Positions 1 through 12,700 of a stretch of 64,000 bases of DNA are shown here, piece after piece. The translations under genes and the position numbers were made by a program. The notes below the pieces were generated by a model. That model had not been told where the DNA came from, searched no databases, and saw nothing but the letters and a program-made list of their open reading frames with translations. Positions within the stretch are counted from its first letter, which is position 1. The number at the start of each line of letters is the position of its first letter. Origin of the DNA: the human T2T-CHM13v2.0 reference genome, Homo sapiens. Where the stretch lies: NCBI RefSeq assembly GCF_009914755.1, contig NC_060928.1. One strand, written 5' to 3'.

Positions 1-22
1 ATCAAAGCTGTAATAAAGCTAA

Positions 23-77
23 CAGCAGAGTTCTTTCTTCTCTCCTTTTCAGCAGAGTTCTTTCTTCTCTCCTTTTC
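23..77. repeat. 27-bp perfect tandem duplication
   Basis: CAGCAGAGTTCTTTCTTCTCTCCTTTT x2. Confidence 0.95.
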
Positions 78-1869
78 CCCTGCCTCCATAAAAAAAAGTC
101 ACAGGAAATATAGAATTAGGACTGGAAACCATTCCCCCTCCATTCTCTCCCCACCTCCCCCATTCTTTAGTTATCCTAAGGGTATCTGGTATCCCTTCAA
201 GGAGGTCTCCAGAGACCAGGTAATATTATATAGGGTTAAGCTCCTTGGAAATACAATGGAGTGAATTAAGGCTGAGATTTCAGCTTCTAACGAAAAATGT
301 CTTGACGTATCCTTTCAGACAAACACCTGGAAATATAATAAACTATATTTTAATGTTTATTTGTTTCAAATACAGTATTTTTTTTTCAACAGACAAATGT
401 GAAGTTTTGAGTCCAGAAAAAAATAGGTTTAAATCACCATCCCAGCAAGCAGTTTTTAAAATAGTACACACAAGTGATCATTTCCATGCAGTTTAATGCA
501 CTTAGCCAACAGGCATTAACAGTCTTTTCAGAATAACCTAACACCTGAAGCTTATTTTCTAGTCTTAGTTCAGATGAATTTTAACCTTTCTAAAAAAAAC
601 TGGTGATGCAGGGCACCCACTGAACTCATAAATTTTAGTAGATTCTGCATTTGCATTTCGAGCTTATTTTATGAGGACGGAAAAAAAACAACCATCGAGC
701 CTTCCTTTATGTGCGGGTTTTAAGACAATGGTTCCCAGAGCATTTTGAGGCAAAACATGGTCCTCTCCAGCCAGTTTGTGCCGAAAGGCAAGACACTGTG
801 ACCAGCAAGATCCCTCACCAAAGAAGGTGGGAGAAAAAGAGCTGAAGGAGGCTCAGAAGAGGGCCAAAAATACGTTATTTACCTTGACTTTGTGTTGGAT
901 GTGACAGGTTAAAAACAGAAATCAGCAGTCCATCTAACTGGGATCGTAGACTGCGGCTGAAGAGAGAACCTTGGTGTTCATAGCTCATCTAATCCAAGAA
1001 AGTCGAAAGAGGAAACAGACTCAGGGAAAGAAAATATTTCTCCGAGGCTTAAGTTTACAGAGGGAAGAAGGTACGAGAAAGATTCAAGAAAAACACACAT
1101 TCAATGCACAAAGCATATGGGCCTGCAATGGGGCATGAACTACCATGCAGTAGAGGGAAGAGCCACACCAGATACCCGCCCATTTAGGGCTTGGGACGTT
1201 CCTCTGATGTTGACAGATGATTTTTCCCATTCTATCAGTGTGGAAACTGAGTGTCAGAGACTCATGTCCCATGTGCTGGGTGAGGTCAGGTTTCACCGCT
1301 TCTTGCCTTTTTCTCTTCCCCATGCAGCCTTCTCCCTTGCCTCCCTGCCACATCACCGTGGGGTCCTCCTGCCAGGCTGACGGCCAGCACATCTCTTCTG
1401 GTTTCCCACACAGGTCCCAATTGTATCAAGGCAGGAAGAAAACTCAAGACTAGAGGCCCCAGGCCGCTAAACGATTCATGGCCCACATTGTAGACCTCAA
1501 GGATGGGCAAATAAAATGTCACAAGGCAAGTTACATCACCTTGGCTTACGGGAACTTTGCATCTTTAAAAAAAAAAATACCATGAAAATCCATCCTTTGC
1601 TTCAGACACACTAGGCTAAAAATAGCTCAGTCAGCCAGTAAGTGTGTGTAATTTTTCCTTTGTGCATCTCCCTATCCACTGATTTCTTCCTCTCAGCAGA
1701 CAGATGTGCTCCAAGACAGACCACCAGTCCACCCTCCACAAAGGGATCAGAGTGTTCTTGCTCAAAGGCATAGCAGATTGCTTCACTCCCCAGCCAACAC
1801 AAAACAAAATAAAACAAAACACTTTATTAGCTCCCTCGGCCCAATAGTAGACGCTAATACTGACTGAAT

Positions 1870-2030
1870 CCGTACTATGTACCAGGTGTTGGTCTGAGGG
1901 CTTTCATGCCTTACCTCATTAAATTCCCTAAAACAACTCTGTGAGGCGGGGACTACTGTTGTCTCATTTTGCAGATGAGAAAACCAAGGCACGGAGAAGT
2001 TAAATAATCATGCTATCGTCCAAAGTATAG
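1870..2030 (-). mobile_element. MIR fragment
   Basis: MIR core-like CTCATTTTGCAGATGAGAAAACCAAGGCAC; boundaries approximate. Confidence 0.6.
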
Positions 2031-2744
2031 TCTCTAAAAGGTAAAGAACCCTGGCTTGGTATTTAAATACCTCCACAATTCGGCCCCTACTTCTTCTCCA
2101 GGCCTACACACACAATCATATACACACTAACACATACACCCCAGACCTTAAGCCTCAGCAGTGTCAAAATCTTCACCCTTCCTAAAATATAATATCACTT
2201 TATTTGCATTTGCGTTCTTGCTACCTTAAACACCCTTTCCACCACCCTTCTCTAATTGGCAAATTCCCATTTATCCATCAAGACCTTCCTTCCCTGTAAA
2301 TCCTTACTGTGTCCTCAGTAAGCTCTTTTAAGAGAAGGACACTGCCCTCTTCGTCTCTAGACTAGTAATATCATGTGTAGTAGATGTTCAATATCCATTA
2401 AACCAATAAGCCACAATAATAATTGTTAACCCTTATAGGGTGCAGGCATTATGCTAAGCACTTTACAAGAATTAACTCACTCTATCTTATGAGAACCCAA
2501 ACACATAGATTCTGTTATTCCCTACATTACCCATAGGGGCATCCCAGGTACAGATGGATAAATTATCCAAGGTCACACAGCCACTAAGTAAAGAAAAAAA
2601 TTTGCATGACTCCAGAAGTTAAGCGCTTAATGCCAATGCTATGGGAGAGGACATAATCTTATTGTACAACCTATGTTGTACTAGAAGCATACGTGTATGA
2701 GGCTTATTTTTAAAAAGCATATTACTCATGTAAAAACAGTGATC

Positions 2745-3010
2745 TGAGGCGGGAGGATCACTCAAGCTCAGGAGTTTGAGACCAGCCTGGGCAACATAGG
2801 GAGATACCACTTCTAAAAAAAAAAAAAAAAAAAAAAAACTTTTTTAATTAGTCAAATGTCGTGGTGCATGCCTGTGGTCCCAGCTACACAGGAAGCTAAG
2901 GTGTGAGAAATTCGAGTCTTGGAGGTCGAGGCTGCAGTGAGCCTGTGATCACACCACTGCACTCCAGCCTGGGGAGCAAGACGCTGTCTCAAAAAAATAA
3001 AAAAAGAAAG
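2745..3010 (+). mobile_element. AluJ-type SINE, 5'-truncated
   Basis: GAGGCGGGAGGATCACTCAAGCTCAGGAG...GAGGTCGAGGCTGCAGTGAG with an expanded A linker and an A tail. Confidence 0.85.
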
Positions 3011-3607
3011 TGATAACAAAATGGCTGCTTCAGTGAAATGTGCCTTTAGAAGAAGATTGATATTGGTCACAGAGAATATCAGTTGTTATGACTGATACAA
3101 ATATGAGCAAGATAGTGCCCAATCCCAAAGACCTCTTTGATCCAGTAAGGAAAACAGGATAACATTACATACAAGTCATGACACAACCCACTTTTTGAGG
3201 TATCCCTTTTCTTTTTGAATTAAAGACGTGTCCTTCAGAGGTGTCATAAATTAACTTGCTATATCCCAACTCTCTGGTTCTAGATCAACACTAACCCTTA
3301 ACATTAATTCAAGCTTCCTCTTCCCAGTATGTATTGTGCTAAAATATTTTGATTTATGGACCTTGTGAAAGATTACGTGCTCGCTGCCTTTTGACTCAGA
3401 AATAATACAAGAGAAAGAAAAGCAGAAATAAAAAAGGATCCACCCTCAAGTTGGGGATAGGGAGTGAGAGAGAGGTCTGGATTCAAGACTTCTGACTAGT
3501 ACTAAATGCTAACGGTCATTATAATAGTCATCATAGTTAACTCCTTCATACCAGTAATCTTCTACCGCAATGGGAGATAAAATTGATTGTTAAGAATACT
3601 TAACTCT

Positions 3608-3905
3608 GGCCTAAACTTGTAATCCCAGCACTTTGGGAGGCCGAAGCAAGAGGATCACCATGAGCCAGGAGTTTGAGACCAGCCTGGGTAACAAAGAGAA
3701 ATTCTATCTCTACAATTTTTTTTTTTTAAATTAGCCTAGTGCAGTGTCATGTGCCTGTAGTCCCAGATACTCAGGAGGCTGAGGCTCAAGGATCACTTGA
3801 GCTCAGGAGGTCAAGTCTGCAGTGAGTTCTGATGGAGCCACCGCACTCCAGCCTGGGCAACAGAGCAAGACCTTGTCTCAAAAACAAAACAAACCAACAA
3901 ACAAA
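3608..3905 (+). mobile_element. AluJ-type SINE
   Basis: Dimeric Alu with J-type GGATCACTTGAGCTCAGGAGGTCAAG and an (AAAC)n tail. Confidence 0.85.
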
Positions 3906-4411
3906 AGCTGATCTCAAATCATGGTACAATGGAGCCAAATAATTTTTAAAATATCTATATGTTGTTAATTTTTGAAACATAAACAGATGTAAGAATAATT
4001 CAGGCAACTCAAAATTATATTTTAAGAAGATTTAAGGACACGGTAAAATACTCATAATTTTACTTAAAAGAGCTGGATTCAAAAGGATGCTCAATATGCT
4101 TGTAAGCAAGTAAAGATTTATGTATATGTATGTGTGCATTAAATTTATATACTAACATGTTCACAGCAATTTTGTTGCACAGTAAAATTAAAGACGATTT
4201 TCTTTACCTCCTTGAACATTTTTGTATTTCACAAATACTCTACATTAATAATGTACTGTTTCTAAAACCAAAAAAGGAGACATGTATTTTAAAGCACATG
4301 CAGCTTTATTCTAAATAAACTGGCAAAGGAAATCATAAATTCAAAAGCAGTGAAGGTTAGTGATGTGTTTTTCAACATCAATAGCATGACACTAAAGATC
4401 AACACTGTTTT

Positions 4412-4804
<393 letters not shown>

Positions 4805-6721
4805 TTAATGCTTGGTAAGTGTGTTTGGATTTAGCCAGTTCCTGGTAATTACATAGTGACAGGAGAGTGCTAAGACTTGAAAAAAAAAAAAAAGAAAAAG
4901 AATAAAAAGAAACCTGAGATGGCTTATGAATTGACAGCACTGCTTAGTCCAAGTTAGCCCCGCTTGGGTTTGACTTCTGCACTTCCATAATCAGGAGCTT
5001 GGGCTAGATGATCTCATAACCATTCCAGCCCTGAAATTCTAGGATTCATCTAATTTGGGACTAGTAGGTTCCATCAAATTAGAACCTTTCAAAGGGCAGG
5101 TAATATGCACTGACTGTTTAAGTTTAATTTCAAGTAATAAATTTCAGCCAACTACATGGTAATCATGTTAAACTTGTAAGGTCTAAAAAAGGTTGTTTTT
5201 TTGTGTGTATTTCCAATTGGTCAGTTTTATGTATTGGTTTAGCTTTTGCTTCTCTACACAGATTTTCAATATTGAGATCAAATCTTCACGAGTCCTAAGA
5301 AATGACCTACGTTGGGAAGAGAAGTTTAACACATCCTAACTCCTACCAAAAGGAAAAGAAAAAAAAAGGGCTACAAATAATTTAACGTTTGAGCTACACA
5401 AGATCTTACTTTATAAAAGTTGATAAAAATTATTATTAATATAAGACTATAAAAATCATAGGTGCCCTGGTCAGAGAAATGAAGTATAGGACAATGTATG
5501 TAATCCGAAGAATTCCTATTGAATTCTTCAATAGGAATTCTTCAAATCAGCACAGTGTAGTGCCCACTTGCATCTGTAAAAAAAAAAGAGACAGGTAGCG
5601 TTACTACCCATCCACCTGATCCCTGTGGCCAGAAAGATACCGTATGGTACTCTTCAGCACTTCACTACTTCCACCAGTGTGTGCATTAAGCCACAAGGTG
5701 TCACAGTGAATCAATTGGAAGGGCTGTTATCAGTCCAGACACGCAGGTGGTGCTTCAGGCTTCCGACCAGTGCTGACCCAGCTCCCTTGGAGAAGTCTGT
5801 GCTGGGCTGCATATTGAGAAGCATGCGTCCTTAGAAGAAATGGCCAGTCAAGGCCAGTGGGTGTGTGCTCTCCAGCCCTCTCCTGGGGCCCCCATTCAGA
5901 CAGCCCTGCAAAGACACTGGTGAAAGGGAACCTTTTAATGTTTTGTTGTCTCCACTGAGTTCTTAAATGGAGAAAACACCAATCACAGCTTTTTCCCAAC
6001 AAAACGGAGTACACATGGTCTCATACATTGGTCAACCCTTACTACTTAACCATAGGTATGCCTAAGAAATAATTCTAGCCTTGAATTTGCAGGAGATTGT
6101 GACTACTCTGCCATTCCTCTCACATAACAAGGTATATGATTATTATGTCATCCCTGCCATATAACAGTGAAAAGCCCCTTTGGCATTATCACACGAGAAC
6201 AACCAAACTCAAGAGTCCTAGATCATGTTATTGCAAGTTTTGTTTATTAAATTGAAATATGCTAGTGCAGGCATGTAAAAAGTATTTTTAAAGATACTTT
6301 TAAGAAATGAAGCAATGTTTGGCATTACTTACATTATTTAATTTGCTGATAGAATCCAGAATAAGTGTATCGTCGTCATCGTCGTCATCATCATCATAGT
6401 TCCCAATGATGTGGCACCTATCATATACCAGGCATTATACATGCATTTATTCTTTACTTTGCAATGTAAATTTCAGGCTAAGGAAATTGAGGCTCAGAAA
6501 ATTTAAGAAACTTCCTTAATATTCCACAGCAAGTAGAAGACAAACTCAGAGTTTGGACCCAAATCTGTCTTACTATAAGTCATACTGAGGTTGAAGCCTT
6601 TATGTTCAAGGCTGGTCACTGTTTTCATTCCAGAAGAAAAAACTATTGGTGAAAAAAAATGTTCATATTCCCTAACCAAAAGCTGCACACATACACAAAC
6701 ACAATCTGATTAGGACAAATG

Positions 6722-6781
6722 TCTCTCTCTCTCTCTCTCTCACACACATAAACACACACACACACACACACATACATACAC
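6722..6781. repeat. (TC)n(AC)n compound microsatellite
   Basis: Directly visible. Confidence 0.9.
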
Positions 6782-7304
6782 CAGTTAGCAAACACAAAGT
6801 TATTACAGACCACAGCATCATATACTGATAGAACTTCCCATATTTTCTGTTGTGCAAATCACTTCAAATAAGCTGATTAATGGCCCCGAAAGCACTTACC
6901 TAAAATGCAAAGTGCTCCAGGAAATGTAACATATTATCATGATTCATACCGTAATTCACGGCTGTGGGCTCCCAGGTAGATATAGAGAGACAGAAGTAGC
7001 AGAAATATCAAATGAGAAAAGAAACACTAGGATAAGTATAAATATTTTTAATCAGAAGTCAGGAGATTCCCAACAGATTTGCACTATCCAGAGGGCAAAA
7101 TAGTCAGGTCAACACTCCCTTCATAGAAGAAATTTTGTTCTCTCAGGGCTTCTTTTTCCTTTGGGCTGGACGTGCGTTCTAGCAGTGAATGCTCACTGGG
7201 CTATTAGGCTCACAGATTCTTCTCCTACTGGAACTGTAGGCAATTGTTGGTAAGACTTGGGGAAAATTTTAGCGTCAGGATGGCCAGTGCTGGAACAACT
7301 TAAT

Positions 7305-7570
7305 TTTCTTTATTCAATAGGTAATATTTTGCACATCAGCCATGTGCTATATAGGGCACTGGGGATGCAATGATGTGTAAGACAATCAGGTCCCTGCCCT
7401 CATGGGGCTTATATTCTATCAAGGACAAGCAAATACTTAAGAAATAAACAAGAAGCAAGAAAATACAGGCTTCCAATAATTCCTATGAAGAAGGCATGTG
7501 GTAGAAAGTGATTGGGGGTTAATTTTAATTGTTTGAGGAAGGGCTCTCTAGGAAGAGAACATTGAAGTTG
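7305..7570 (-). mobile_element. L2 3'-end fragment
   Basis: TTTATTCAATAGGTAATATTT...GTCCCTGCCCTCATGGGGCTTATATTCTA, typical of an antisense L2 3' end; boundaries approximate. Confidence 0.55.
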
Positions 7571-8900
7571 CTCAGTACAGGACCTCCTAATTGCTGGGAC
7601 TCTTTTCCTTTATTGTCCTTCTTTTCTTTTTCTAATTGATTACCTGCAAATAAAGCCAGCACTATGCCAAATCCCAACTCAACTGAGGTCTCCTAATACT
7701 TAGCTGAGTTATTACAAAGAAAGCCATATATTCGGTGTTCCCTGACCGAGGGCAAAGGTCCTGCGGTGTGAATCAGCTTGGCAAGCTAATGGATCCCAAA
7801 GAAGCCCTCCGTGGCTCCAGTCCAGTGAACACTTGGTAGCAGATAAGAATGGACCATCAGGAAGGAAGAGATCAATAGATTCTTAAAACCAGAGCAAGGA
7901 GTTTAGAGCTTGTTCTAGGTTTGAGAGGAAGCAGGAGAGTCACAGGATCTGATTTATGCTTTAAAAATATCACCTTGGCTGTTTGTGGGGATCAGATTAT
8001 AAGATGGAAAGGGGGGGCACGGAGTGCTGTTAAGAGGCCGTCCTGATTCCAAAAAGAGAGGCTGAGGGCTCGCAATGTCACCAGAACAGGACAGATTCCT
8101 CTTCTTCAGAGAGGTCTGCCAAATCCTTAACGCTAAGCCTCCTATTTTGAACTGGAAGACTAAAACTTCAAATTAGGCTGGTCCAACGTGGTACTAATGT
8201 GAGAGAAGGGTGTGGCTACCAGGGCATCCAAGAGGAAGTGGGCAGCTGGGAGGCAACATCCCTTTACCAATATGCTCCAGGACAGACCATACAGTGAAAA
8301 GTCAGATGATCCAGCCCCTGGGCTCTCAAATCTCAGGATGGCCATGCATGAACTGAGGCCTCGGTTGCTTGTCTGGTAAAGGAGAACCAGAATGCGTGCA
8401 TCTCAGGCTTTGGGGGTGGATCAAATGAGGAGATCTATCTTATCTTCAACAACTGGCAGGCATTTACTCTCATGACAATGGCTTTGCAGGTAGCTAAAGT
8501 GGTCTGCAAGGGTAGGAAGGAAATATCACCTCCCACAAAGAACTTCTGCAGACAGACAGGATGTGGGGAGACTGACTTCCTCTCAGGAGTAGATTAAACT
8601 AAGATCCTGAGAAGCCAAACATGTTGGAAGTTCTTTCCCCTTTATGTCTTTATTTTCCCTAAGATTCCTAATTGATTACCTGAAAAGGGAGCCAATACTA
8701 TACCCAATTTGAATTGTAATTTAATTTCCTAACATTTATTTTGGTTATTGTTTCCACCAAAAAATGAGATAGCTTTTATACTCATTCACTACTGTTTAAA
8801 ACAATAAAAACACTATCTTTCCCAGGGCACAACTAAGAAGAAGCACTGAATGGAAATTTAAATATTTTTAAGTAAAAAAAAAAAAAAACCTTTTAGATGA

Positions 8901-9267
<367 letters not shown>

Positions 9268-9554
9268 ACTTAAGTATTCTTTAATAAGGAGTGTAATTTG
9301 GGTTTTTTTGTTCAGTACCCAGGGTATATTTTCCATCCCTGGATCCATCCCTTGGAATTTCACTTGGTCCCTTTGAAAATTAAGTTAGGCAGTTGAGACA
9401 CATCTAGCAGAATCAAGTTAGTGAATGGGATCAATTTCCAAGCCACCTCCAAAGTCAATTTGTCTTAGAAAACAAAAATGAATATATTCACATTAAAAAT
9501 TTCTATAGGTAAAACTAGATTCCTAGCTCATGTTTCCTATTTCAAGAGAGGTGC

Positions 9555-9750
9555 TATGGCAGAGTAGTTACAACCTCTGAAGCTAAACTACCGTCTATTT
9601 GACCTTGGACAATTTATGTAACCTGTCAGTTTCCAGTTTCCTCATTAGTAAAAGTGCAGATGTTAGTAGATATTAGTATCATACGATGTGATCATGAGGG
9701 TTACTTGAGCCGACATACAAAAAGCACCTAGTATTCATACTTGCCCAACA
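9555..9750 (+). mobile_element. MIR fragment
   Basis: GACCTTGGACAATTTATGTAACCTG...CAGTTTCCTCATTAGTAAAAG; boundaries approximate. Confidence 0.55.
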
Positions 9751-12700
9751 GACACTGAAAACTCCATATATGCTATTCTATGACTGCCTTTCAGAAAGGT
9801 GTATATACCTTTCACTACAGGAATATGCCCACGATACACCGTGTATTAACCTATCATGGCTCTCTATTGTAAGTGTGGTTTGTATGTCTCCCCTCTTTAT
9901 CAAATTGTAAGCTTCTAGAAGACAGAAAATATCTTAATCATGTTTATATTTCCAGGCCCTGAGACTGTCATTGCCTGAATGAAGTATGGAAATTCTTGAA
10001 GGAATGCCTGAATTTTGTTTTAAGCATTAATAGTTGCCTAGGTTCAAATGCATGCTGCCAGAATTTAAATTTTAAAAAAAATCTAGGCTCATATTGATTT
10101 TTAAAAATTTAAAAAGAAGGAAAACGCCTTGTCAGAAAATGACGAAGGTATTTGTAGTATCTACATCCTTTGGACATTTTTTTAAATGCTATGTTCTGAC
10201 ACTTCAAAAAGACATTGTTTTCCCAGGTCAGTTATATTTTGAGGCCCACCAACCAAATCCAAATAAGTAAGTTTATGAATTTTGTTCTTGATCATTTATA
10301 AAGTTGGATGTTTGGGGTTGTTTTACGTTTCGTTTGCTTGTTCAGAAAGCGGGTGCTCTGTGTTCCTCATGAAAAATGAGTTAATGTGGACAATTGTAAT
10401 AAAAAGAGATTTATGGCCCTGTTCTCCATATACTTTAAATTAATTTCTTTCTGGACCCCAAACAAAAAGCTAAATGTTTAAAAAATGCATAGCGTTTAAA
10501 TCCTACATCATAATTTACACACCAAAAAGAGAGAAATTTAAATGTGCATTGATTTTAGGCTGATAAGAATCTGTGTTGAATGTGAGTTGAAAGTTCTTTT
10601 TTTTTTCTTTTTTCTTCTTGGCCTCCTATGAATAGTTAGTTTGCAGCAATTTTTAATTAAAAACAGTTCCCATAGTAAGAAAATGGGGGAAAAAAAAGAC
10701 TTCAAGAAAATAAAATCAGTATAAGAGTCTTACAATTGGTTTTCTGAGGCCATGTAGAGATCCTGAAAAATAAGAGAGTTTGGAAGTTCTCATTTTTAAA
10801 ACTGCACTTTTGGTTTCATTTAACATTTTCAAAATAGCTTTCCTTTCCACCACCCAGCCCCCTCCCCCACCTCACCAACCCTCTTCAAACAACTTGCAAA
10901 GTTCTGTTTTTAACACTGAAAATCATTCATATATCTCAGAGTAGCAGCAACATTTTTCTTTCTAAATTTCTAGGGGGGAGAAACCTCCAAGTTACCACAA
11001 AGCATTTTTTCTTTTTCTCCACCTATCCAAAATAACTAATCTCATTTTAACTAGATTCCATCTGAACATCAATGATACCAAGCTATTCCATGAATAAACA
11101 TGATGTTACAACGTGAAACCCTGTGACTAAAGTATATAAAAATGTAGCTGAAAGAAAAGAGGACTAAGAATCCCCCTCCTCCCCACCCCCTCCCCAGGGA
11201 GTTTTAGAGTTGAGCTGAGAAGGGGTGAAAACCAGCAGATTTAAATTTCTAGGTCTTCGAACATTTGTAACCTTCATATTAAATCCTGTGAAACTAAAAA
11301 CTGTAATTCTATAAAATCCTTGTGCGTACAGCTTCCGATTGTAATCACAGTTTTCTCTTTTGGAAGAGGATGTGTAATATTGATAAAAGAAAAAAACCTC
11401 AAAACAGGAAAAATACATAACGGAACTCACACTTTTCTGGTGTTTATGGTATTTTTTTTTTTAAATTAGCATGGTGCCAACATGAAGAACTATGTATACT
11501 TAAAAATATCTTCACTTAAATGCAGACATTTTTGGTCATTTGAATGAGAAAACAAGGTATAGAAAAGTTATCTCCTCTAACAAAGATTTGTGAACTTTAC
11601 TTGATAAACTTTCTTAAATTTTATAATAATCGAACATTAGTTAAATCCCTTCACTTACAATGATGTCCACTGTAATGTTTCTCATATATTTTACCTATAT
11701 TTTCATCTCAGGGCTGAGACCTAAAAATGAAAAAATACATTGTTTTTGCTTTTATTGAAGCTTTTCACAGAACAAATTCTGAAGTCTTCAGAACATATTT
11801 TTATATCCTATCTGACTGTATTGTGTGTACAGTGTTAAAACTATATAATTGTGCGGTTGTATTCTTCCAAAATACATTTGGCACTGCCAAACCATTCAAA
11901 TACATGAATTTTGGAAGACATTGGGTCAATTTTTGACAGCATACACAACAGAAAATGTAAACTCCTTTCTGCTGCCTGGGAATTACAGTGAACAACAGTG
12001 ATGCTAACCTCAGAATTTTTCTTAATTTCATTTTAAAGGGTGGGAAGAGCACCCACACATTTCTTTATTAAATTCCACTGAGATTCTAATGTTGAAAAAA
12101 AAATTTATTTCCCAGAACAGCTAGCAGCATTTAAAATATACTTTTGTTGTTGTTGCTGTTTGCTTTTTAATGCATGCCTATTCCTTTACAGAGAGGTGAG
12201 GTCCTGTTAGTACTTAGTCACTTGCTTTCCTCTGCCACAAAGATTATGGATCTAAATGACCTCACATAAAATAAATGTGGGGGATGTGAGATGAACACTT
12301 TAGGGAGAGTGAGAAGCAGAGGCGCAAAGCTGCTTCAGCTCAATAGGAGATACCAGGCCCCAAAAAACTTCAGAATTGTATTTCTCAGGGAAGGTGCTAA
12401 TTTAAATGCATTGGTTTTCAAATTCTCTCCTTTTGTCTACTGATTCACTGATTGGCTAGTCAGCAAATGTTTAATGAGTACCTACTTGGTCCAGGAACTA
12501 CTTGCTTTAAGTGCTAGCTTTAAAACCAAACTGGACCTTCAAGTTTTCTTCACCATTACCCAATTATTTTATTATTGGATGTGTAATATTGATAAAAGAA
12601 AAAAAAACCTCAAAACAGGAAAAATACATAACGGAACTCACACTTTTCTGGTGTTTATGGTATTTTTTTTAATTAGCGTAGTGCCAACATGAAGAACTCT

